From the human T2T-CHM13v2.0 reference genome, Homo sapiens: DNA of 64,000 nt. Both the position numbers and the translations under genes were made by a program. The notes beneath the pieces were generated by a model. That model had not been told where the DNA came from, ran no database searches, and saw only the letters and a list, made by a program, of their open reading frames with translations. The first letter of the stretch is position 1; each line of letters begins with the position of its first letter. Shown here piece by piece: positions 1-14,756 of the stretch. The DNA is taken from the NCBI RefSeq assembly GCF_009914755.1, contig NC_060929.1. One strand, given 5' to 3'.

Positions 1-2293
<2,293 letters not shown>

Positions 2294-2680
2294 TGCTTGC
2301 TGACTCCCACTTATAACACAGATTTCACCACAACTTGTAAAATAACACAATCTCATGTTAAACAATTAATAAACCCAATAAGCTTTCCTGCCTTTCTGTC
2401 CTTGGGGTCCCAAATCATCTGACAAGATAGACCTGTCAAATTGTTTGATAGTGTGAAAAAAATCAAAAGCATTTTAATAAGCTTTAGGATACTCAAAAAT
2501 TTAACATGAAATGCACACAAAGACAATGGCTGGTCTCGTGGCTCTTTCTCCTTGTCTAGCCTCAATTGTGAGTGGATATAGCCAAAAACATCTGATAGGG
2601 ATGGGGATGCAAAACAATATGCAAAATCCAACTCTCTATAACTACCTGATAGCTTAGGTGTGGTACTTGCATAATAAAGC

Positions 2681-3046
2681 ATTGGCTCACATAATTATTG
2701 AAGCTGACAAGTCCCAACATCTGCTGCCAGCTGAAAGCTGGCAGGCTTGAGACCCAAAAAGACTGATGTTTCAGCTCAAGTCCAAAGGCATGAAAAGACC
2801 ACTGTTCCAGCTCAAGTAGTCAGGTAGGAGCTCCCTCTTACTCAGCCTTTTTGTTCTATTGAGGTCTTCAGTTGACAGGCTGAAGCCCACCCACACCAGG
2901 GAGGGCCACTTGCTTTACTCAGTCTACCAATTCAAATGCTCATCTCAGCCAGAAACTCCCTCACTGAGACACCCAGAATTGAGTCTGACCAAATATCTGG
3001 GCACCCTGTGGTACAGTTAAATTGATACATAAAATGAATAATCACA
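2681..3046 (-). mobile_element. MLT2-family (ERVL) LTR fragment
   Basis: Reverse complement starts TGTGATTATTCATTTTATGTATCAATTTAACTGTACCACAGGGTGCCCAGATATTTGGTCAGAC, matching the recalled MLT2 5' end. Confidence 0.8.
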
Positions 3047-4868
3047 GTAGGTAGGTAGCTTTGAATCTTATTTTCTATCAAGTATCAAGGATCAAGCATA
3101 TACCAATAATATTTACAAAGTTTTTTTATTGTTGCAGCATAGATGGATTAAAAATTAGGATTTTGAAAAACTGTTTATATAAAGTATCTAAGGGAGAAAT
3201 TGTACACTCTAAAATACTAGAATTCTATGTTAGAATTAGTACCTCCGAAGTTACATACACTAATATATAAACAAGTTTATATATGACAAAGGCTAAAATT
3301 TACCCAGGGCTCTTAAAAATAATGGGTTATATGCTAGATTACATCCTTTTCTTGAAGCCATCATAAAGTAGACCATATCAAAAACTCTCATTAGTATGAG
3401 TAGAGTTTATATTTACCAATACATACTTTTTCCCTCAACTAACACTCCAACATTTCTTACAACAGTAAAGGCCTGGATACAGCAACAATGTAGATCATCT
3501 TACTTTACTCCTTTACTCCAAAAACCCAATAGGAATGTATGTTTTAATCTTGCAAAATACCAATACTAGACCATTTATTAAATATATGCTCCTAATATTC
3601 ACCTTCTTACATTTTTACTAAACCTAATATTTCTTCACCTTTGAAAACTTTAGAGATAACAAAGTATTATGATTATAGAAATTAATCATTTATAGACAAT
3701 TTACTATAAATCTTACTTTATTTTAAAATTCTGTTGTAAACCTCACCCTTTATAAAAGGCAAGAAAAGTGTTTTTACACAATTACAAAGATTTCTCCTGT
3801 TTTTCAAATCCAGCAGAGTAAACACAAGTTAAGAAATTCTACTTCCAAAGGCCTGCTGACATTACTGATTATTGTCTTGCATTAACAAGGAAATACCTAT
3901 TAGAGCAGCCTACTAAGACCAACAACAAATAGCTGGAGGGGAGGTACTTAATGGAAACAGTAACTTTTTAAAGACCCTATGACTTATCCCTGTTTGACAC
4001 CAAAAAGAAATAAAAGATAATGTATCATATCTATATTTCTGGGAGATTAGTGTTTCAACTTGAAATTTCAGTGGGTAGTTCTGATAGACTATTAGGAAGT
4101 TCTGTGAGGAGATTTTAGTGGCCTCAAAGAATTGCTTTGTAGCATATTGAAACCTGTTAAGCACCTTCTGAATATGAATGTTCATTTTCTAACTCTTTTC
4201 TCGAATTTTAAGTTAGAAATGGATGACTTCTTCATAAGGATCATGCACTTGCTGAATGTTTTAATATCTGAATTTAGCAAAACCCAAAACACATTTGGCC
4301 AAAGCTGATTTTAAGTCATTTCTCAAATTTTATACATAGGCATAATTCAAAAGCAATTTATTTCATGTGTTGCTTCTGATTCATTTACATTTCACTTTTC
4401 TCATAAAAAGTTTATTTTATAAGAGTTTAGTTGTTGTCCAAAATACCAAAATACCTTATGAAATTTCGTTTTATAACATTTTGAAACACTCTTATTTTGA
4501 AGAGAGAAAGTTACTATAAAAACCTGTGCCTCCAAATTGGTAATTTGGTTTAAACTGACTCTACTCTAAGCAAAATATTTCCATACTCTCAATTATCTTT
4601 TCCTTAACATTTCTTATAACTATAGGGCCAGATATAGCTACAATGTAACTAAAAGATCTATATCACAATCACTGTAGCATTTACAAAATTATGTTCTGTG
4701 GAACACTAGTGTGTCAAGGGATTTTAAGAGGTATTCATGGGCAGAAAGTGGTTAGGGGTGGTAGTCAAATAAGAGTGGAAAATGCTGAGTTAAAATCAAA
4801 CAGGATTGTTCACTACAAGGTTTCTCAGAACTTGTATGTCCAAAATGAATACTCAAGAGCAAGATACA

Positions 4869-5028
4869 GGCCAGGTGCAGTGGCTCACGCCTGTAATCCC
4901 AGTACTTCGGGAGGGATCGCTTGAGCAGGGGAGTTTCAGGGGCAGTGAGCTATGATTGCACCACTGCATTCTCTCCTGGGCAACACAGCAAGAATCTGCT
5001 TCAAAAAAAAAAAAAAAAAAAAAAAAAA
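4869..5028 (+). mobile_element. Monomeric or internally deleted old Alu (FAM/FRAM/AluJ-like) with long A-tail
   Basis: GGCCAGGTGCAGTGGCTCACGCCTGTAATCCCAG runs directly into right-arm sequence (GCAGTGAGCTATGATTGCACCACTGCA), followed by a long A-run. Confidence 0.85.
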
Positions 5029-5459
5029 CAGAGAGAGAGATAGGAAGCAATGTTTCTCAAACTTATTTAACACTGAAACTCTTAACAAAACTCTTAACTG
5101 TTGTAGGTCATTAATATTCTGTAAAAACAATAATCTGATCAATATGATCTCAAACACTAATGAGGTGATTTAATTTACTATCATCCACCTGCCACTGTCA
5201 TTGAGATAATCTAGTTAACATTTTCAGGAAAGTGATACCCCAGGTATTTTTAAAGTACTCCTAGTTAAGAAAGAATTACTAATAACTCCATTTTAATACA
5301 ATAGAAACAAGTTGGAAGTCTGAGTTTTGATTAATATAATGATAACCTGAGAGCCATATGGAAAATACTATCTAAGTCTAATTCACCAGGTTTTAGAGTA
5401 GGGTTTTTGAAAAAAAAAAAAAAAAAAAGCTGGCAACTATTAAATTTTTGGTGAATTAA

Positions 5460-5791
<332 letters not shown>

Positions 5792-8083
5792 TGACTATAA
5801 CATATTTAATTCTATATTGGTTTTTCCCTACCACTGAGCACATTTCATCTCTCCTTTTTTCCCTACCAAGCACCTGGCATATGTTCAGTAAATAAAAAGT
5901 AATTTAAGTATTAGCGTAATCAAGACATAATTTTGACATTGTCAAGCATGCTTGAGGGCAGTGGGCCCTCTGCTTTGCTTACAGCTGAGGCTTCTGAAGG
6001 CAAGGACCTCACGGACATGTATTTACATAATTGTAAGGTCATTCTACTGTGCTATAAAGTCACACAATACATTCCAAAGACCACTGGAAATTAATTTAGA
6101 ATTATCTAATGTTTTATACCATGCATACTATTTCCTGCCTTCAATTATAAAGATAACTGAGAACAGTCTCTATTAAGAAATACACTATGTTTTAAAAACA
6201 ATAAATTATACTATAATGTGAAATACTATAACTTTGTTAAAATTCATATTTTTAGCAGAAGTACAAAAAAAAACACTGTTACTCTTATGGAACATTAACA
6301 AAAATCTTAAACAGTTTGACAAGGACTTTCATTTTCACCTATAAAGGATTAACTATGAGAACTGCCTTCCAATCATAAATAACAGAAAACTGAATAAAAT
6401 ATATGAAACAATAGTTTTCAGACACTGGATAATAGAAGGAAAACAAACTAGCTGAGCCCTCTGATTGCCCCAGCTTATCACCCAGAAGCATTTTCCAGAC
6501 TGCAGAGCAGAATCCACACAGAGCCCAGCAGTCACAGTGAGCTCAGGAGACAGAGACATGGATCTGGGTAAGCTGATACAACTAGAATTTGTGGAGATTA
6601 TCAGACAGGAGGTAGCTAAATGGAAAGAGAACTCTGAAGATCTTACAGAAGGTCTTCTGTAATCTATGGCTGACTATTCATCTGCATATGCATAAAGTGA
6701 AACTCCTCAAGGCTGAGGAAAGAAACATCAGGAAGCAGTATACCAAATAATTTCCACAGTTCACATAGAGCTAAGAATTAATTCTCATTTGCCAGAGTGG
6801 AGAGGCCATATAGTACAGGAGGTATTTGTAGAGTTAGCAGTAAGGCTAACTTAGCCATAGGCTAAAGGCTGTTCTGGAACCCTTTAACAAAGCAAACAAT
6901 GAAAGGATAAAACTGACCCCAAGTAATTTAAATGCATGCCAAAAAAAGTCCCACACACCTTAAAGGAATAAAACAAAACCCAGTACGCAACAACATAAAA
7001 TTCATAATATCCAGCATCTGTTCAAAAAAAAATTACAAAGCAAGAAATATTACCCATAATCCAAAGAAAACACAATCAATAGAAACCTAGAGAAAAAGAA
7101 ATAAATAGAATGACAAGAGAAGTAGAACTGGCAGAAAAGGACACTAAAACAACTATCATAAATATGTTCAAGAATGCAGTAGAAAACATGAACATGTTGA
7201 AGAAATAATGAAGATATTTTTAAAGATCTACTAGAAGTGAGAATTATAAAATATAAAATGAAAATTACATTGGATCATATAAACAACAGAATAAAAGTGG
7301 CAGAATACAAGATCAGTGAACTTAAATACATCAAAATAGAAGCTACCCAGAACAAAACACAAGTAGAAAAAGACCCCCCAAAATAGTCTCAGGTACCTGT
7401 ACGACCATATCATGCAGACTAATATATATGTAACTGGAGTCCCAGAAAGAAAAGGACAAAGAAAAAAATATTTGAAAAAAATCACCATGGATTTTCTAAA
7501 TTCTGTAAAAATAAATAAATAACAGATGCAAATCAGCTCAAGAAATTCTGAGCAGAATAAACCTGAAAAAAATCCACATATAATAACATCATAACATAAT
7601 AATAATATCATAACATCATACCAAACCACAACATAATCAAACTTCTGGAAATGAGAAATAAAGAGAATATCTTAAAAGCAGCCAGAGAGCAGGAAAAAAA
7701 GACACATTTTGTGCAGAAGAATAAAATCAAGAATGATAGAAAACTTCTCATCAAAAACTAGGTAAGTCAAAAGACAATGGAGTGACATCTTTAAAGTACT
7801 GAAACAAAAAACAAATAAAAAAACACACGTTCTATACAGGAAAAAATATATCTTTTAAAAAATGAGGGCAAAATACAGACCTTTTCCAGACAGACAAATA
7901 CTGAGAGAAATTGATGCTATCAGACTGGCACTACAAGAAATGTTAAAGTTCATCAGCAAGGATAAAAATTAAACCAGAAAGAAATATAACTCTACACAAA
8001 AAAGAAAAAAGTACCAGAAATGGTAAATATGTGAGTAAAAATAAATGTTTTCCTCATATTTTAATCTTTTTAAAAGATAAAGG

Positions 8084-8405
8084 TACTGGGTGCAGTGGCT
8101 CATGCCTATAATCTCAGCACTTTGAGAGGTCGAGGCAGGATTGCTTGAGCCCAGGAGTTTGAGACAAGCCTGGGCAATATGGCAAGACCTCATCCCTACT
8201 GAAAATCAGTATTTAAAAAATTAGCTAGGCATTGTGGCATGTGACTGTAGTCCCAGCTACTCAGGAGCCTGAGGTAGAAGGATCCCTTGAACCCAGGAGG
8301 TGGAGGCTGTAGTGAGACATGATTGCACCACTGCACTTCACTCCACTCCAGCCTGGCAACAGAGGGAAACCCTGTCTCATAAAAAGAAGATAAAATAAAA
8401 GAAAA
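8084..8405 (+). mobile_element. AluJ-type SINE
   Basis: Dimeric Alu flanked by the AAAAGATAAAGG direct repeat (about 8072 and 8403). Confidence 0.92.
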
Positions 8406-8490
8406 AGATAAAGGAGATTACCCAAGGCAAAAGCAATTACAAGGTATTGTAAGCTTTTGTGATTTAATAAAAATATATTTAGTAAGCTTT

Positions 8491-9320
8491 TGTGATATAA
8501 AGAAATATATTTAGTCTCTGCCCTCAGTTCCTGAGACAGAACTCCTAAAACCTTTGCAGCTAGGAGTACTAGAAAAAACTTTTGATCTAATACTTGGTCT
8601 TTTACCCCAGTTTCTGCCACAGACCTCCTAAAACCTTTGTAATTTCCTAAGTGATAGTAGCATCTTTTGCTCTAACGAGGTAACTCTTGGCGGGCTCCTG
8701 AATAGCCTCAGAATGGGGACTGGTTGCCAGGGGAGCCAACCATGTGAATAGAAGGTTGGAACTTTTAGCTCTACCCTCAGATCTCCGGGGATGGGGAAAG
8801 GGGTTAAAAGTTGAGTTGATCACCAATGGCCAATGACTTAATCAATCATGCCTACATGATGAAACCTCCATAACAATCCCTGAAGTACAGGGTTCAGAGA
8901 GCTTCTGCACTGCTGAACACAGAAGTGCCTGGAGGGTGGTGCACCCTGAGAGGCCATGGAAGCTCTATGCCTCTTCCCACACACCTTGTCCTACACATCT
9001 CTTCCAACTGGCTGTTTATCTATATCCTTTGTAATATCCTCTATAATAAATATACCCATTTACTGAAGTAGAGTGTTTCCCTGAGTTTTGTAAGGCACTC
9101 CAACAAATTAATGAACCCAAGGATGGGGTCATGAGAACCACTGATTTACAGCTGGTTAGTCAAAAGTGCAAGTCACAACCTGGACTTGTGGCTGGCATCT
9201 GAAGTGAAGTGAGGTCTTGTGGTTCTGCCTCTTAACCTGTGACAATCCCCACACACAGTTTGATGACCACAAGTGAAATATTCAGCATTCTGTTAAATAT
9301 ATGAGAGGAGGAAAAAAAGT
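8491..9320 (+). mobile_element. MER21-family LTR
   Basis: Starts TGTGATATAAAGAAATATATTTAGTCTCTGCCCTCAGTTCCTG. Internal GGTTGCCAGGGGAGCCAACCATGTGA and CCAATGGCCAATGACTTAATCAATCATGCCT match recalled MER21. AATAAA at about 9045. Confidence 0.8.
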
Positions 9321-9921
9321 TTTATCTTTTTCTTTTAAAGATTCACAAAATATGAAGAAGTAAAATGTACGACACTAGCAACATTGTAAGATTCTTCCCC
9401 ATATGTAAAGTTGTATGATATTATGTAAAGATAGACTGTGATAAGTTAAAGATGTGTGTTTTAAACCCCAGAGCAATCACTAGTAAATTAAAACAAAGAG
9501 GTATATGGTTAATAAGTCAACAGAAGAGAAGATGGGACAAATAGGAAAAAAAAGCAAGATAATAAATTTAAACTCAACCATACCAATAACAACATTAGAG
9601 ACTGCCAGATCGGATTTAAAATGAAGGAAAAACAAAAAGGAATAGAGAAACTTACTTTAAACATAAAGACACAAATAGGTTAAAAGTAAAAAGTGCAAAT
9701 AGATATACCATATAAATACGAATTAGAAGAAAGTTGGAGAGTATGTATTAATATCAGATGAGGTAGACTTCAGATCAAAGAATATTACTAGGGATCATAT
9801 TAAGTAACACACACATATACAAACACAAAGGATCATCTCAAAAGACATAGAAAAAGCATTTTTTCTGGAAATGTAGTTTTAACTTATGAAAAAAATCAAT
9901 GTAAAATTTACCATGTTAACT

Positions 9922-9956
9922 ACACACACACGCACACACACACACACACACACACC
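9922..9956. repeat. (CA)n microsatellite
   Basis: Near-perfect CA run. Confidence 0.95.
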
Positions 9957-10762
9957 TGAAAAGATGCAGAGAAAGCATCTGACAAAATCCAACACCTATT
10001 CATAATAAACCCTGAACAAACTAGGAATATAAAGGAACTTCCTCAAACTAACATTGAGGAACTGATGTCCTACATATGGAAAAAAGACTGAATGCTATCA
10101 CCCTAAGACTAGGAACTAAGCAAGGACATATCCTCTAGCCACTTCTATTCAACATTGTACTGGAAATCCTAGAGAAAAAAATAATAACAGGCACACAGAT
10201 TGGAAAGGAAATAATAAAACTGTCTTTTTGATAGCTGGCATGATTATTTATAATTATTTCAATGTAAGGAATCTACAAAAAAGTAAAACAGAAAACAACA
10301 ACCTACCAAACTAATAAATGAGTTTGGCAAGGTCATATGATTCAAAGTCAATGTACAAAAATCAATTGTATTGCCATGTTCTAAGAACAAATAACTGGAA
10401 ATTATAATTCAAAAGTCAATGCAATTTACAATAGCAACCAAAAAACTGGAAATAATTGGGAATAAATTTAACAAACTATGTAAAAGATCTGTACAATGAA
10501 AACTATAAAATGTTGCTGACAAACATTAAAGACATCCCACATACATGAAGAGATGTACTATGTTTATGGATCAGAAGATCCCATACTATTTAAAGATGTT
10601 AATTATCCTCAAGTTAATCTATAGATTTGATACCATTCCAGTAAAAATCCTAGTAAGCCTTTTTGTAGAAACTGGCATGCTTATTCTAAAATTTAAATGA
10701 AAATACAAAATAACTAGTACAACTCAAATAATTTTTTACATTTTTAATTTTTTTTTTTTTTA

Positions 10763-11667
10763 ATAGAGAAAGAAAAGTGGGCCCAGGGAACCGGCGTTCA
10801 GCATATGGAGGACCCACGCCGGCACCGGTCTCTGAGTTCCCTCAGTATTTATTCATTAGTATCTCTACCATATCGGAGAGGGGGACAACAGGGAGACAAT
10901 GGAGAGTGGCAGGACAACAGGGTAATAGTGGGGAGAGGGTCAGCAGGAAAACGTGAACAAACATCTCTACATCATAAACAAGGTAAAGAAAAAGGTGCTG
11001 TGCTTTTAATGTGCACATACATAAACATCTCAATGCTTTAAAGAGCACTATTGCCTATTGCCGCCAGCATGTCTCACCTCCAGCCCTAAGGCGGTTTTCT
11101 CCTATCTCCAGTAGATGGAATATACAATCGGGTTTTACACCCAGACATTCTATTGCCCAGGGACGAGCAGGAGACAGATGCCTTCCTCTTATCTCAACTG
11201 CAAAGAGGCCTTCCTCTTTTACTAATCCTCCTCAGCACAGACCCTTTACGGGTGTCGGGCTGGGGAACGGTCAGGTCTTTCCCTTCCCACGAGGCCATAT
11301 TTCAGATTACCACATGGGGAGAAACCTTGGACAATACCTGGCTTTCCTAGGCAGAGGTCCCTGCAGCCTTCCACAGTGTTTTGTGTCCCCGGGTACTTGA
11401 GATTAGGGAGTGGTGATGACTTTTAACAAGCATGCTGCCTTCAAGCATTTGTTTAACAAAGCACATCCTGCATAGCCCTAAATCCACTAAACCTTGAGTC
11501 GTCACAGCACGTGTTTCTGCCAGCACAGGGTTAAGGGTAGGGTTACAGATTAACAGCATCTCGAGGCAAAATAATTTTTCTTAGTACAGAACAAAATGGA
11601 GTCTCTTATGTCTACTTCTTTCTACATAGACACAGTAACAGTCTGATCTCTCTTTCTCTTCCCCACA
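10763..11667 (-). promoter_or_regulatory. HML-2 3' LTR (older LTR5A/B-like) U3+R, ending at the polyadenylation site, no U5
   Basis: Begins TGTGGGGAAGAGAAAGAGAGATCAGACTG right after the PPT AAAAAGAAAAGGGGGAAA (11685-11668). AATAAA at 10853-10848. Ends TTTCTTTCTCTAT then poly(A). Confidence 0.93.
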
Positions 11668-11704
11668 TTTCCCCCTTTTCTTTTTGACAAAACCACCATT
11701 GTCA

Positions 11705-12023
11705 TCATGGCTTGTCCTCGATGGTCGCTGTCTCTTTGGAGCTGCTAGGTACACCTGCACACACCGTTGATACAATCATCAAAGCTGCAAACAGCATGTT
11801 CTCTGAAGTTTGTGTCACCTTTGTGTTCTCTAGGCTTTTTTTTTTTAGCTAACTCTGTCAGCTTCTTTAATTGTGCCCAAGTCGGTGGCTCTGCCTTCTT
11901 GGTGGATGGCAACTTCATCTGTTCTGACATCACCATTCTATTCATCTTGTGAGTCGATGGTGCTCAACTGCGGTGTCTCCATCTCCATGGAGGTGCTTTT
12001 CTTTGCATCTCTGATGGGTTCAT
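11705..12023 (-). pseudogene. rec: Disabled Rec reading frame
   Basis: [58 protein letters not shown], then a frameshift in an A11 run (11836-11846), then ...[24 protein letters not shown]|[18 protein letters not shown]. Matches the Rec layout; premature TGA at 11964-11966. Confidence 0.93.
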
Positions 12024-12129
12024 TGTACAACTTCAAATATCGCAAGGCTGACTGTAGACATACTCGGGAATCTCTCGTTAACTTGTCCTCAGTGACGACG
12101 CTTGAGCGTACCTTCACCCTAGAGAAAAG

Positions 12130-12147
12130 CACCCACGTTGGGCACCA
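12130..12147 (-). other. tRNA-Lys primer binding site
   Basis: TGGTGCCCAACGTGGGTG, 2 nt after the U5 terminal CA; close to the complement of the tRNA-Lys1,2 3' end. Confidence 0.9.
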
Positions 12148-12800
12148 AATGAAGGGGTGGCCAGCCCCTCCACACCTGTGGGCATTTCTCATCAGGTGAA
12201 ATGAAAGACATGAGGAAAGAAAGAGACACAAAGTATAGAGAAAGAAAAGTGGGCCCAGGGGACCGGCGCTCAGCATACAGAGGACCCGCGCTGGCCACAT
12301 TTTTAATTTTTAAAGGAATTTTTCAAATTTCAAAATAAATTTTGAGAAAAAAATTGGAGGACTTAAAGCCATCTGATTTCAGTACTTAAACTATCATAAC
12401 CAATATGATGTGATACTGGCTTAAAGAAATACCTAAGTTAATGGTACAGAATAGCACTGAAAATACACTTGTGATCAACTGATTTTCAACAAATGTACAA
12501 ATGCACAATTAGTAGGGAAAAAGTGGTGTCTTTAAAAAAGAGAACAAGAAGAACTAGACATCCACCTTTTATAGTGTAAGATAAGCATATAATGAAATTA
12601 TATAAAAATTCATTCAAAATGTATCATAGATTTAAATATAAGAGTAGAAAGTATAAAACTCCCAGAAGAAAATATATGAGGAAATATTTGTGACTTAGAG
12701 TTAAATTCTAATAAGACACAAAAGCCATAAAACAAAAAACCAAAAATAAGAAAACTGCCTTTCACTAAAGTAAAAACTTTTGTTTTTCAAAAAACCGTTA

Positions 12801-13211
<411 letters not shown>

Positions 13212-14756
13212 TTACAACTCAAAAATAAGACAATAACTCAATTTTTTAAAATAGACAAGCTTTAAAGCTTATCTATTTTAAATATCTGAAATATTCAGAT
13301 ATTTCAGATAATTCAATATTTGAAATATTCAATATTTGAAATATTCAAATATCTGAAATATTCAGATATTTATCCAAAAAAGAGATATACAAGAAAATAA
13401 GCGCATGAAAACATGCTCAATATCATTATTCATTAGAAAAATGCCAATTAAAACTACAATGAGATATAACTAGTCATAATATATCCACTAAAGAGACTAC
13501 AATTAAAATATTAATACCAAATGATAAGACTTTGAGGCAACTGAACTTTCATACATCGCTGGTAGAAATGTGGCATATACAACCATTAATAAAATAGTTT
13601 GTTTATTTAAAATTGGTGAACTTTATTTTATGTAATTTATACCTCAGTAAAGCTGAGTTTTAGAAGTTGACTTGACAAAACATTTTTAAATTAGTAAAAT
13701 AAAATCCTGATAATACCTTGTAATAGTTTAACATTTTTTAAATACTAGCCAATCTTTTCCCCTAATTGTCCTTAGATTCGTCATCCATGCAACCAGCAGA
13801 AAGCCTCATACTGTCTCAGAAAAGGAGTGACAGTAGAAAGCAGAAGTAAGGAGTCTTTTTCTTGACCCATGAATTTCAAAATCCTGGGCCTATCTTCTGA
13901 GTGGAAAGGACTCAGAACTACACTTATAACAGCCAGGCAGGTGAAAAGGGAATGTGGGAACTGGAGTAAGGAAACCCTACAAGGAGCCACTATGAAGCTC
14001 CAGCTGATTCTACCATATGAAAATGCTGCAAGATTGTTTTTTACCCAAAAAGTATCCTGAAAATTCAAATTTTTATGTGAATTTTCCAAAATTTTAAAAT
14101 ACTGTCCAAACAAAATCACTTCTGTGGGTCAAATTCAGTCCATCGATTTGCAATACCTGGCATGGAAGACAGATTTTGGCAAACATCTTTAAAAAAAAAA
14201 TTTCTCACCCTCCAGACTTGATGAAAACGCCCTGGAATGAGGATAAGAAGATGCAAAGAAACAACTGATATAGACATTATTCTTGCAAGAGAACAGAGAA
14301 ATCTGTGTCCCATTTCTTAGGTACAGACTCAGGAAGGCAGAAAGATACCACAGAAGAAATGGATGGATAATATGTGGGGCAAAGTATTAGCCTTATAGAG
14401 TTTCCCAGACCCCACGCAGCACCGGGAAGGCTTAAACAAATGGCAGTCTCAGGGAGTTCTCCACATTTTAGAGTAGTCTGAGGACCACAGAAAGAATATA
14501 ATGCAATTAATAGCATGGAAGTTACAGAAAGAGTTGCTTTACCAGATAAAAACTTGTCAATGAGAATGATGAGTCAGCAGCAACCTGTGATGATCAACTA
14601 CTACAGAAATAAAATGAAGGACAACATTTCTACAGATGCCACCACTCACCACCATGAAAAGATGAAGACAACTAGTACAACCCACTACTCTCACCCAAGA
14701 ATTATCAGAGCACCAGGAAAGTGAGGCCTCTAATTGACATTAAAATTTCAGCCACC

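Larger units (their letters stand above)
10748..12296 (-). pseudogene. rec: Processed (L1-retroposed) copy of the doubly spliced HERV-K(HML-2) rec mRNA
   Basis: On the - strand: R-U5 (12296-12150), PBS (12147-12130), leader joined at CCTTGCG|ATATTTGAAG (12041/12040), env signal-peptide exon, second junction ACGGTG|TGTGCAGGTG (11762/11761), PPT, U3-R (11667-about 10763), poly(A) (10761-10748). TSD ACATTTTTAATTTTT at 10738-10752 and 12297-12311. Confidence 0.95.

Noticed and set aside
11581-11775. ORF containing the Np9 C-terminal frame ([32 protein letters not shown])
   Set aside because: This is an alternative frame of the shared last exon. The retrocopy uses the type-2 rec donor and keeps the env leader, so it is not an np9 mRNA.
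10765-12296. SVA element or recombined provirus
   Set aside because: No hexamer, Alu-like or VNTR region. It has PBS and leader, lacks 5' U3 and 3' U5, and has precise splice junctions.
13760-14740. Possible processed pseudogene or exon (ORFs 13869-14060 and 14515-14724)
   Set aside because: No recognisable protein, poly(A) or TSD. More likely very old repeat remnants.
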